Positions 29,160 through 41,430 of a stretch of DNA of 64,000 bases are shown piece by piece (position 1 is the first letter of the stretch; every line of letters starts with the position of its first letter). The translations under genes and the position numbers were made by a program. Source of the stretch: Penicillus capitatus (Eukaryota > Plantae > Chlorophyta); the NCBI GenBank assembly GCA_965649825.1, contig OZ287702.1, positions 124,001 through 188,000 on the forward strand, given 5' to 3'. The notes beneath the pieces were generated by a model. The model was not told the DNA's origin. It worked only from the letters and a program-made list of their open reading frames with translations, and made no database searches.

Positions 29160-29597
29160 TCATTCAGCATTTCCAAATGATGCAGTTGCTTGAGGCATGC
29201 CTGCTGGCTGTGCTGCTGCTGGATTGGCAGGGGGCATCATGTAACCCGGTGGCATCTGTCCTGGCTGAATCATTCCTGGTGGAAAAGGAAAAGGCGGCCG
29301 CGGGAGATTCATGGGCAACTGTTGACCGGGCTGAGCTCCAGGCAGTGCAAACGACATCGGCAGCTGTCCATGCGCTTGGGCGACTGCCATGTGAGCTGCC
29401 AACAGATGCGGTGGCAGTCCTCCAGGAATCTGCTGTGCAGGAGGAGGCGTGGCCAGACTTGGATGCAAATCATCGAACTGCATATAGTAGTTGCGCACAT
29501 TGGCCTTGTGTTTGTATCCGGAATTATGCTGTTTACGCACTGCAGCGGAATCGTGCGTCAAATACGTATCGCAGTAATCGCAGTAATAGCGCGGCAT
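29160..29597 (-). CDS. U1C: U1 snRNP protein C, intronless
   Basis: [38 protein letters not shown] followed by a Pro/Met-rich tail. Confidence 0.97.
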   Translation of the reverse strand: MPRYYCDYCDTYLTHDSAAVRKQHNSGYKHKANVRNYYMQFDDLHPSLATPPPAQQIPGGLPPHLLAAHMAVAQAHGQLPMSFALPGAQPGQQLPMNLPRPPFPFPPGMIQPGQMPPGYMMPPANPAAAQPAGMPQATASFGNAE

Positions 29598-29675
29598 CTT
29601 CCGTTTCGCAACACGACCGACGATGTACTCAAATGGACACATTAAACCTGTCACTATCATACATCTGTCCTCGTC

Positions 29676-31621
29676 TCATGTCCAGAAGACGATCTTGCCT
29701 GCCTGATCGCACGAGACCAGTCGTTCATCTGCCCAGGCTGTCGCGACAACAGGTTTTGTGTGGATAGGACTGACGAGTTTCTGTGCCAACTTGGATCGTG
29801 ATCCATCGGATCTCCAGATCATCACTTTTCCGTTGTTGCTGCCCACGGCAATGAGCTGCTCGTCTCGACTCACGTCAATGGAGCATTTTGCCCCTCCCAT
29901 GGAACTGGCGGTCCCTATGGTAAACTGAGGATCCTCGAATGTCTCCACAATGGCATCGCTACGTAGATCGAGCGTTTTGATTCGGCTGTCTTTCCCAGCC
30001 GTCAGCAAGAGATGCGAACTCATAGGAAAGGGGCAAAGAGAAACAATGGCATCGTTGTGGAGAACGGGACGCTCGAAAGACGCTTCGGAAGTACGGGCAT
30101 CCCAAATCTTGAGACTTCCTTTGGAGTGTCCAGAAATGACGATGTTTCCGCTTGAGGAGTAGCAGACAGCATTTGTCCACTCCTTGTACTTGATCTCACG
30201 ATTCTGGATCTGATAACCGCGATTCAAATCCCAGAAACGAATATACCGATCTTCGCTGCAGCTCACTGCTTTGTCTGCGTTCCCTGGATCACACGCCACG
30301 CAGTTGACGCTGCGAGAACAGCCAGTCATGACATGAGAGTTCTGCCCACTCGATGTCTGCCAAACACGTATAGTCTTGTCCGCTCCAGCTCCGAGAACGG
30401 CAGCTGCATTAGATGTAAAGCTCACATCCCGTACGCCCTCCATCATGCCTCTTGCAATGAACTGTACGGTGAGTGATATTGGATCCCATACCAGCAGGTG
30501 CTTGTCAGCGCCGCCAGTGGCAACGAGGTGTCCAGAGAACGTAGAAGTGGCACTTGTACAGCCTCCGTGATGATTCATGTGCCCTTCGTGCGAGTCTGTG
30601 GGTATCGAGATCTGTGCGTCTTTCCATGGAACACGCTCTTCCTCTTCCTCACCCTCCAGTACAACAAAGCCTCCATCCGTTGATGTTCTGGTGCGAGCCA
30701 ATGAACTGTGATTCAGTTTTTGTCCGTCCCTTATCTCGATGAGAAGAACATCGAGGGCTTGAAGTGCCTTATCCGTGTCGCCTCTGTCGATCAAACGAGC
30801 GCAAGATGCCAGGCGTTTCGAGAAGGGATGCTGTTTTCGCTTCCATGGCAGAAAGGGGCCAGAATCTTGTTGAAGCTCGCGTTCGAGATCTAACTGATTC
30901 CGAATCCTTTCAGCTTCTGCTAAGCTTCGTTGCACCATCTCCTCCATCGTCGTCACCTCCTATCACACAGCATTCAGAAACAGTCCTTGTGAAGCAGCCC
31001 ATCGAAGGACCTGCCATTTCTCCAACATGGCTGTCTTGTCTGATTTTATGCGATCCACGAGGTTGCGGTTTTCTTCCTCCACTTGTCTAAGCTTACTCCA
31101 CATCTCTTCGACCTCTTCTTTGCTGGTCTGCATCTCCGAAAAGAGTAGAGACTTGGCTGTCTCCACTTCTGCGAGGCGTTTTTCGAGGGATGCCTTTTCG
31201 CTTTGTAATTGCTCTATCTGTGCTGCGGCTTGACGACTGGTTTCTATCTCTTCGGTTAACGAAGCCGCCATTATCTCTTTCTCTTTCAACAGGGCTGTTT
31301 TCTCCTGGACGGCCTCATCGTATTCACGTCGGATGTCTTCCTGAGCATGGGCCACCTGTCACAATGAAATCGCAATATAAATCAATCACCACATAGACAG
31401 CAGAACGGCACTTTTTGATTCAAGCTGGAGATGGTGTGCTCTTTGTCCTCACACTCATCTCGGAGCTCATCGTTCTCTTTGTTGAGCTGCATGACGCGGA
31501 TTTCAAGGTCAAGGCTTTTTTCGACTGCTATTTGATAGTCTTCTATCACGGCGTGTGTCGCCTCCCATTTCTCCCGAACGGCTCGAAGCTGCTTGAGCAC
31601 ATCGGTCTGTGACGACATCAT
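29676..31621 (-). CDS. ATG16: Autophagy protein 16 (coiled coil + WD40)
   Basis: Long coiled coil with EEENRNLVDRI, followed by a seven-bladed WD40 region (HHGG...ATGGADK; SCSEDRYIRFWDL; LLTAGKD; IAVGSNNGKVMIW). Confidence 0.8.
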
Positions 31622-31772
31622 TCGATAAGTCTTTTTGTACGACACTTTCGTTTGGGAAGTCAAGACGTCGTGCGGTTTGGCCGTTGTATCGATCTCCGTA
31701 CCAAAGATGTCGACGCAACCGACAACGGAGGTGCGATTGGGCATCCGTCGGAAAAAAGAGGGACGCATCCAA

Positions 31773-34700
31773 ATGTCTGTGTCGCAGAGGAAACGAAAAC
31801 TGATGCCTCTCGAGATTCTGGATGCTCGACAAATGCACGAAAGCGATGATGTCTCTGACGCGAATGCACACACGCCTCGTTCGTGTCGTTCCGCGTCGAT
31901 CGATTCGCCAACGAGGACGCCAAAGACTCGACGATTCTTTTCCGAAAGCAAGCGCCAACGTAAGAGCCCCCGATCCACTCCATTTCTCCCCTGTGCTGTG
32001 ATCGCGGCGTCGTGTTGTGCTCAGAAAGGGAGATGTCGATCGATGAGGAAGCGCTGTCCGCATTGCATGTATTGACAGAGTCTCCCGTGTGTTCCGATCG
32101 CACATACATTTGATTCATGACGTCCTGTCACGTTCAGGTGAATCAGGACAACATCCAGAGCGATGACGTGACCAAGAGTCTGCGAAGTATCTCTTGTCCA
32201 CTGCTCGAGCACAGAAGGCCTAGAGGTGTGAAACGTAGAGTTGAAACTCGATGCCGCATTTTTCTCAGTGGAGAAAAGTGTGAAACGAGAGGTGACAAGA
32301 AAGGTCAGAGCGGTAAGCATTTCACACAAACACATCATGATAGAAATGGCGTTTGTAGGAGAGTAAGATGTATCAGAAGACAGTGCATGGGATTCGTCCG
32401 AAGAAGGAATTGATCGCAGAGCGCCTTGCCGTTCACCTGGCAGAACAGACATCGTACTTCGTCTACGACAACGCTTCGATGTTCAGCATCTTTGCAGGGC
32501 CGAGAAGAAAGAAATGATTGACAACACAAGTATTGAAGAGTGCAAGGTAGCTTGTGTTCTGAACACCTGCAGTGGATCTGAATCTGCCATCGATAGGATG
32601 ACACAGTACGAAGAGGGCTATATCGTTGTGTGGTGTCATCTATTGAGCGTGCAGCCCGTCCACATCCTGTTACTGTGACAGCAACGCTGTTAGAAACGGT
32701 CGAGTCTAGCCGGTGCTTAAAAAATGAGAAGTTCGTTGACTGTGTGACGCAGGGAGAGCCGCTCATCTGCGAGCTCCATGATGGATGGAAGGCGACACCT
32801 GTGGAAGAAGGCGATACCATACATCTCATCAGTACCTTAGTCGATCGCGACGGGACATGGCACACTTGCATTGATCTTCATGATGGCTTCTTGATCCTCT
32901 GTCCCGATATTTTGATCTCTGGTCAGCCGTCTCTGTTTTGCAAAAGTGTGACAATTCGATGAGGAACAGGATCGCAAGTGCCAGTGGGTAACAATTGCAT
33001 TCGACGGGCATATCTGTCGGAGAGAATTGCAGAGAGAAGACCGATTCATCACAGTGCTGTTATGGGAAACATCATGCACAAAGTGATGCAGGTATAGACG
33101 AGATTCGCTGCGAACAGCGTTGTCACGTGTTATGGTGTTACAAGGACTGTCTCAAGAGATATGTACCGTACAGAGGCGAGAGCCTGGACGTGCAAGATAT
33201 TGTTCGGCAGACAATCGATGCTTCGAGTCTTTCTCTATTTGAGAGCGGCAAGATAGAGACAGACGCACAGGAATTTGTAAACAGCCGACTGGTTTATCTC
33301 CATCAGTGGCTCACAGAGTTTGCTTCTTCAAAAAGTCATTTCTCACTCCTCTTCTGCACACTAAGGGATGCATTCCATTCAGGTGTTGATGATAAAACGC
33401 GGGTTATCGAGGTAGTGGATATCGAAGAGTGCATTTGGGCGCCGCAATATGGTTTGAAAGGACGCATTGATGCTAGTCTCTCGATCACAGCGCCACGATC
33501 TCGTCGCTCAGCCAAAAGGCATAGCTCAACTGTTAGTTCATCTTTGTACTCCTGCTATCCGGCCTCCTCTTCGGAATCTGACCGTCCGCAAAGCATCGGC
33601 AGAATGCTGCATCCATCAGGAGATGCATCGAAAGAAAGTGATCAGATGGTGATTCCTATGGAATTCAAGACAGGCAAACCATACTTCACACACACTGCTC
33701 AGGTAGATACCATAAAACATCCGACAATGATATCGACCCTGTGTACGTGACAGCTTCTGTTGTACTTGCTGTTGATGGAGACACGGTATCGCAAGGAAGT
33801 GGATACGGCGTGTCTTTGGTATGTGGATCGACCCAAAGAGATGGAAACCATATCGATGCGCAAGGCAGATATGGACAGTTTGATTCAAGCACGCAATTTC
33901 TATGCCGCTTATCTGAAGCACGACGGCATGAAGCTGCCAGAGATGTTGATGAACACTCGCACATGTCAACGATGTCCCTTCCAAGCAGAATGCGCCGTTC
34001 TTCACAAAGTTCCCTCTCAGCAACACTATGTGCATGACAGATCGCACAACTGTTTTCTAGACATTTGAAAACGGGACTGAATGTTCTTCCGGGATGGGTC
34101 CAGCATTTGAATCCCTAACAAGTCACGTCACAGAAGACGGTGCTGCGTTCCTCTTACGATGGCTGACAGCTCTGGATCACGAATACTCTGAGGAACATTC
34201 CAAGCTGTCTTTCATTTGGCATCCAAATGAAGAGCGTTGCCGTCATGCAGGAGTACCTGGCCTCAGAAATCTAGTACTCCAGGTCAGACATCGTCAAGAT
34301 CGAAACGCCGCTTACTCTTGTCATGTGCAGCGTGTGACTGCTGAGGGGGTCGGTTGGCTGTATCATTTCTCAGAAGTTGCTGGACAGGAGAACTTTGCCG
34401 TCGATGATTTCGTGATTGTCAGCATCGAAGACGACCAAATTGGCATCTTTAAAGGGCACATCCACACTGCCACGCCCGTAATCCAAAACCAGAGATTCTT
34501 GAGTGTGCTCGTGTTTTGCATGGACAGAATGCTGTCTCTGTCTTGGCAGACGTGCGTTTGCCTACAAAATGGGAAGACACGCAGTTCAGGTGGAGAGTCA
34601 ACAAGTACTTCTCGACCAAATCAGCCAACACACAGCGAAGCAACATTCTCGAACTCGTCACATCGACGGCGCCATCGATCCATACACTCAGAGAGCTCAT

Positions 34701-36312
34701 CATTGATTTGAAGGCGCCGATTTCGTGCACAGACACACAGGTGACACAATTCACAGAAATGGATAATCATGAAGTGAGCAGCATGGTATGCAGGCGGATC
34801 CAGAGAAGAAAGCAACGACCTTAGCAGCCTGTACATCTGGGCTAAACGATGACCAGTGTCAAGCGATTCAGCGAATTCTAGAGAGGCCACAGTACTGTCT
34901 CGTTCATGGAATGCCAGGTTCAGGAAAGACATCTACCATTGTACAGGCCATCAAGGTTTCCATCGTCCAATGCTCTTTTCGACAGTGGCATTGAGGTTTT
35001 TACAGGCGCTAGTAACTTTAGGGCATTCCGTTTTGGTTTCCTCTCACACCCACAGTGCCGTAGATAATATATTAGTTCGACTGAAATGCATCGGTGTGGA
35101 TTTCATCAGAATCGGAACAGCAGCAAGTGTTCATAGAGAGATCCAAGACCATGTACTAGGAGCAGACGGTCTTTACAGTGACACCTCGACGGCAGCTTTA
35201 GATCGAGTGAGGAAAGAGATTAAAGTGGTACTGGCAAACCAGATGCACAAAAACATGTCCACTGAGATCGCCCGTTGTTCGAGGTTGGCGTGACATGTCT
35301 GGGTGTTCAGCATCCGCTTCTCAAGAAGATGCAATTCGATGTGTGTATTGTGGATGAAGCATGTCAGACAGTATTGCCTTCGTTGCTGGGTCCTCTTCTC
35401 CTTGCTCATTCATTCATTCTGGTGGGTGATCCCATGCAGCTGCCTCCTCTCGTTTCCAGTCCAAAGGCGCTCGAATGGAAACTGGATGAGACACTCTTTG
35501 CCATTCTACAGTCTGCACATCCAGATGTCTGTGCCTCTATGCCATGCTTCTTTCTGTGAAGGTTTTCTGTGTTTCTAGGCAATCGTGCCATTGAGTTTTC
35601 AATATCGCATGTGCCAAGAAATTACAGAACTGGCAAACCATCTTGTCTACAACCATCAACTGAGATGTGCACGTCCGGATGTCGCCGAACAGAAGCTGCA
35701 CTTACTGCACGATCATCCGCAGGGGCAAACTGTATGGCCGGTATGTCCATGAGAGATATCTCTTTCTGCATGTCACACTTCCTGTGCAGTTTCTCCATTC
35801 TGATAAACGTTTAGCTTTTGTGGATACTTCCCAAGTTCATTGCTACGAATCGAAGTATCGTGGATCGTTCTACAACAAAAAGGAATGCAAGTTTGTCATC
35901 AATATTGTCCGTCTTCTGCATGCTTGTGGCGTTTCTTCGAATGACATTGGCATTATTTCGCCCTACAATCGCCAGATTCAGTGGATCAGAGACAGTCTGC
36001 CACAAGAAGCATCTGCAGTAGAGGTCTCGACAGTCGACAAATTTCAAGGCCGTGACAAACCGTGCATCATTGTCTCCTTCGTGCGTTCAAACCCAGAAGC
36101 GTACATATCTCACTCTTTCTCGCACATCTGAATCATGACATAGGAACGCGGGAACACTGCTGGAGGATTGGAGACGCATCAATGTTTCGATGACACGTGC
36201 ACGGGCAAAACTCATTTTTGTAGGCGATACATGCACCTTGAATTCTGTTCCTTTTTTGGCCAGAATCGTCAATTACATGAAAGAGAGAGATATCATTTGG
36301 CAACTCTGTTAA
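31773..36312 (+). CDS. DNA2: DNA2 nuclease/helicase, multi-exon (start uncertain, 31707 alternative)
   Basis: DIEECIWAPQYGLKGRIDAS, PMEFKTGK, CQRCPFQAEC (Fe-S), HGMPGSGKTSTI, IVDEACQ, LVGDPMQLPP, STVDKFQGRDK, RRINVSMTRARAKL; stop TAA at 36310-36312. Confidence 0.95.
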
Positions 36313-36870
36313 ATGATGATTTGGTGCATTTGTGCGAAACGTGTCGATCTCTCGCGTCGATGTCGGCCGAAGTTCCAAACGGCCACGACAATGGCTCTCC
36401 GACATTTCCACTAGGTGCCACAGACTTGGTGCGCGACACGATATTGCACAGAGTCGTCAATAGCGGACGCTTTGTAGGGGATCTTCTCCGAAGACCCTGT
36501 TTTGCGTGCTCATGAAGAGCATCTGAGGTATCGCTGGAATCGATTCTGCCATATCCGAGAGCGCATTCAGCAAGAGGAGGGCGGTTTGCGGCAATTTGCG
36601 CGAAGCTACACGAAGTTTGGACTCCGTCACCATGGACATTGCATGGTGTACAGAGAGTGGGCACCCGCTGCTGTCGATGCACAAATGGTTGGAGATTTCA
36701 ACAACTGGAATGGAACACAGATGCAGCGCGATGCCTTTGGTGTTTGGTCGTGTACATTGCCAAGTATTGTCACACATACTTTGTGTGACGCCCTGATCAC
36801 ACATCGCAGATCTCAACGGGGAACCTGCGATCCCGCACCGTTCGAAGTACAAGATTCGGTTGAAGCATCG
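36301..36870 (+). pseudogene. 5' fragment of branching-enzyme gene (left copy of a 570-bp direct duplication)
   Basis: Nearly identical to 46692-47261 (two substitutions seen). Breaks off at ...TTGAAGCATCG and fuses out of frame to ZDS sequence. Confidence 0.92.
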
Positions 36871-38037
36871 TGACGGCCGTGCGGGAATCTCCAATGCAGG
36901 ACGCCTCGCCCAAAGACGCCCCGTTGCGGTCACTGTTCCCTGATGAACCCTCCCCTCCTTCGCCCAACAGTCCCAAACTCAAAGTCGCCATCATCGGAGC
37001 GGGACTGGCCGGTCTCTCCACTGCCGTCGAACTTCTCGATCAAGGGTCTTTTTTCGCACTCTCATTGCGTCGTGTCACACCAAGTGTCTCAGACATGAGG
37101 TGGAGATCTTCGAAGGCAGGAAATGGATTGGGGGCAAGCTGGCATCCTTCGTGGACAAGGATGGCAATCACATCGAGGTATCCAGATGATGTCGGTATCT
37201 TGCCCGTGCTCTCACTGATGGAGTGCTACAGTGGGGCTTGCATGTGTTCTTCGGTTGCTACTTCAATCTGTTTCGCCTCATGGCAAAGTGCGGCGTTCTG
37301 GAAAACCTAGAACTGAAGGAACACATCCATACCTTCATCAACAAAGGGGGAGACGTCCGAGGACTCGATTTTCGCTTCGAGATCAACGGACGGAGAATCG
37401 GAGCGCCATTCCACGGTAGAGGCCGCCGCTCTACTGCAGGGGATACACTAAACAGTGCTTCTGGCTCTTTTCAGGCCTCAAGGCTTTCTTCTCGACAGAT
37501 CAATTGAGTCCTGCCGACAAAGTAGCCAATTCTGTGGCCCTGGGGACCTCACCCATTGTCCGGGCGCTGTTCGATCCGGAAGGAGGCATGCGTGATGTCC
37601 GTGCCTTGGACAACATGAGTTTCACAGAGTGGTTCACCAGCCATGGTGGATCACGAGCATCCATTGACCGTCTCTGGGACCCCATAGGTGTGATATCTCT
37701 GAATCTGCTGCATCTGTCTGCTGATGGTGTGGATGCCAGCCTATGCGTTGGGCTTCCTGGACTGTGATCACATTTCGGCTCGATGCATGTTGTCCATTTT
37801 CCTCTTCTTTGCGACAAAGACTGATGCGTCGGTGTTGCGACTGTTGAACGGATCTCCTGCCGAGCGGCTGTTGAAGCCCATTGTTAACTACATTGCTTCC
37901 AAAGGCGGAACCATTCACACTCGACGAGGATGCAGGTCCCTCACTCTTTTTGTTGTGAGAACGGAGATAAGAGGAAACAAAAACGCCTTTTTCTTTTTAA
38001 AACAAACAGGTATCTTTACAATGGAGAATGTCCTTTT

Positions 38038-39767
38038 TTAAATTAACGACGGTTCTAAGGCTTTATCTGCAGCCAGCCATTCGAGATCATCTGTTGGATC
38101 TGCTGTAACCGCTGCATCTGTTTCAACATGGGCCCATCCACCTTCATGCGCGTAATATTTCCGAAGCTGAGACGAATGCGCCAAGAATTGTCCTCCGGCC
38201 TCCGCCGGATTAGCCACGATCCATGTCGATCTTGAATGATGTGCCAATATTCTGAGAGGACCATACCATGAACGCGCCAGTTTTCCTTGATTTGCTCGTG
38301 CTGTTGGGTCGTAGACTAACACTTCATCACCCACTTGCAGTGGCCTTGACAATCGATGGTGTTTCCGGTTGTACAGGGCCTTCATGTAATCCTTTGCTTG
38401 TCTTTGGACGTCGATGGCATGTTCTCTTTCTGATCGTACTGTATTCCACGGCAGTCGTTGACGATTTCGACTAAGTCCATATGCGAGTGTGATAGGCGTT
38501 GAATCAATGCCTCGATGCCAACTCGTGTTGTAAGCGTCTACCACTTCCTGCAGCTTTTCTGGCCATTCCTCCACGGCTTCGTCGACTGTCCGACGCAGGC
38601 GATTGAGTAATGTTCCGATCACTCGTTCGGCAAGACCAATTCCTTGGGGGTAGTAACTTGGAGTGGGCCTGAGTTCTATTCTGCGCCTGAGTATCCAGCG
38701 TTGAAACTTCGCGCTCTGCCATACTTGTCCATGATCAACTGCGATTATTTTGGGCTGTCTGGGAAATTGGTGCGTCCAACGCTCAAGAAGAGGGAGAATG
38801 TGAGCCACACCAGGTCTGTTGATTACTCCAGCCTTGCACCATCGCGTTGCGGCGTCGACCAAAACCAAAAGGTAGTTCCCATCGCGGAATGGGCCAGCTA
38901 TGTCCATGTACATCTTGTCTGCGAAATTGTGTATGATCTCTTCTCCGGGAGCATCTCTGTACTGTCGGGGTGCGTGAAACTGGCACTGCTCACACTTTTC
39001 CACAAAAGAAGGGACATCCTCTGTCAATCCTGGCCACGTTCCGTAGTCGAGCTCGACATTCTTTTTTGTTTTCTCGAAACCCCAGTGTCCTTGATGCCCT
39101 CGACGGATGATCATCTCCCTGCCGTGGACATCGGGTCTCTCTTGGGGGATTGGCTGTACTAATTGTATCCTGGGCTTCCCTCTTGCTGTTTCAATCCCAC
39201 GTGACAGTAAGTCAGCTCCTTGATTACTCTCGCCGGGGACAAAGGCAAATTCGACATTTTCCTCGTTCGCGAGGAGATAGGCGATCAATCTGGCCACACG
39301 CACATCATGTGTGACTAATTCGCCCCTTTGTAACTGTTCCACGAGTGCACGGTTGTCGTTGAAGACTGCTGTGGGGCAAGTACCGCGCAAAGGCTTCGTC
39401 TTCTTCAGTGCATACACCAATCCTCTGAGTTCCCCGAGGTAGCTGCTCGATCTCTGGTCCTCGAGTTTGCTCGAACCTATGTCGAGCAGTTGTTTCTCGC
39501 CACGTCCCGATGACGGAAGTCCGAAAAGTACGTAGCCGATATGAGAACCCGACCAATCTGAGTAGAGTTCGTACCGGACGAACTCTCGATTGGCAAGTGC
39601 CACTTTCTCACACCGACTTAGTGCCTCAGAGAAAGCCTCATAAGTTGTACGTTGTGTCTCCGCCCACCAGTCTTCATCCGCGACATTGCATTTGGCCTGA
39701 GTGAGTCGATTGCGCAGTGGCATCAAGAGTTTCTCAAGGTGCGGTACATGAGTGCGCACAAAGGAAA
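38038..39767 (-). CDS. pol 3' part: RT connection, RNase H, integrase
   Basis: ELYSDWSG...[10 protein letters not shown]...NDNRAL; HQGH...CEQC; [19 protein letters not shown]; WYGP. The stop codon lies inside the 3' LTR. Confidence 0.93.
38133..38145 (-). other. Polypurine tract of the outer Ty3/gypsy element
   Basis: GAAGGTGGATGGG on the minus strand, 4 nt before the 3' LTR. Confidence 0.7.
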
Positions 39768-41425
39768 TGTCGGATATGCAGATGTCACGTCGCCCGCCAC
39801 AGCCATCAGAACGGTTGCGTCGGCGAAGAACCACCCTGGCGCACTGACCATCGGTCGCGACGGGTGTTCGCCTTTGACCTGCTGTTGCAATAACGGTAGG
39901 CTGATGGTTGTTGAACGTGGGCAGGAGTTCTCAGCTGTTGCTCTTGAGGTTAGGGAATCCCCAACCACCGCGAGTACTTAAACGCGACAGTTTCATGTAA
40001 TCCAACTCGTATTCCTGTGTTCGCGGTCTGAGCGTGCGTTCACGTCGTCGTTCGCGCTGAGAGCCGATTCGTGTGAAGCGCATCGTTACAGCGATTCCCG
40101 ACATCTGGTGGACCTCCGGGGCACTGTCGAACGTTTTCTTTCGTTTCTGACAGACCATGCGCATCGAGTCGACACCCTGCCCCGTTACGACGGACGCGGC
40201 GACCCTATGAGACGGGTCAGCAGAACGAACGCATTCGTTCTCTCGACGCGAGTGGATGGCGGCACGGGGACACGAGCGGACGAAGCGGACGGAGAAACCG
40301 CCAGGGTGGCGGATGGGCAAACCGACAGACGCCAATGCGGTGTGGCTGGCCAGGCGAGCGAAGCATGCTCGAAGCCAGAAAACAGTGCGTTCGACTCTGG
40401 CAGCAAGTCTGAAGTGGCTGCTGCGGTGGAGGAGTCGATGCACAGCCTCGGCGGTTACGTTTGCGACCGCGAAGAAAACGACAGGAAGAACTGCGTTTTG
40501 GCGCTGCGTATCCAGAGACCCGAGGAACGTCACATCAATGTCGAGCCGGAGCCAGAAGTGCTTTCGGCCGTCACATCTCATTTCATTGAAAACGTATCCT
40601 GTTTTGCGATGACCGTCCGATATACGGTCGAATACGAACCCTCTGCGGTTACGACAGCGACCGCGAAGAAGACGACAGAAAAGATTGCGTTTTCACGCTA
40701 CGCAATCAGAAACCTGACGAAGTTCATTGTTGCTCCGAGCAGATGCCAGAAGTGCGCTCGGATATCCGATTTCGTTTCCTTGAGAACACCGACTGTTATC
40801 ACGCTGACCGTTCGACGCATGGTCAGAACATCTTGGATGAAGCTTGGACTGCGCCAATGGAGGAGTCGCGACGCTGGCGATCGCGACGGCGCTACACGGA
40901 AACCGACGACGAAGTTATGACGAACCACGTCGACGAAGTTTTCGATGCTGGCTGAAAGATTCCGTTTGACAGAGGTCCGTGTCAACAGACTTGAAGACCC
41001 GTCTGTTCTGCCTCGTCCCGACTGTGTGTTTTTCGTTCTGTCTGTCACTCGAGCATGAGGACATTATGCCACGAGTGAGGAGGAGTCACTGTCGGATATG
41101 CAGATGTCACGTCGCCCGCCACAGCCATCAGAACGGTTGCGTCGGCGAAGAACCACCCTGGCGCACTGACCATCGGTCGCGACGGGTGTTCGCCTTTGAC
41201 CTGCTGTTGCAATAACGGTAGGCTGATGGTTGTTGAACGTGGGCAGGAGTTCTCAGCTGTTGCTCTTGAGGTTAGGGAATCCCCAACCACCGCGAGTACT
41301 TAAACGCGACAGTTTCATGTAATCCAACTCGTATTCCTGTGTTCGCGGTCTGAGCGTGCGTTCACGTCGTCGTTCGCGCTGAGAGCCGATTCGTGTGAAG
41401 CGCATCGTTACAGCGATTCCCGACA
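39768..41425 (+). mobile_element. Nested non-autonomous LTR element (TRIM/LARD-like), 1658 bp
   Basis: Two identical 336-bp repeats (39768-40103, 41090-41425) with TGTCGG...CCGACA ends; TSD GGAAA at 39763-39767 and 41426-41430; PBS TGGTGGACCTCCGGGG at 40106; PPT GAGTGAGGAGGAG at 41073-41085; no pol motifs inside. Confidence 0.93.
40106..40121 (+). other. Primer-binding site of the nested element, tRNA-Ala-like
   Basis: Complement ...CCCCGGAGGUCCACCA has CCA, A73 and U70, as in the G3:U70 acceptor of tRNA-Ala. The tRNA identity is inferred. Confidence 0.6.
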
Positions 41426-41430
41426 GGAAA

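Noticed and set aside
39768-41425. 336-bp repeat read as an internal tandem duplication of pol
   Set aside because: TG...CA ends, flanking GGAAA TSD, PBS, PPT and in-frame restoration of pol show it is a nested LTR element.
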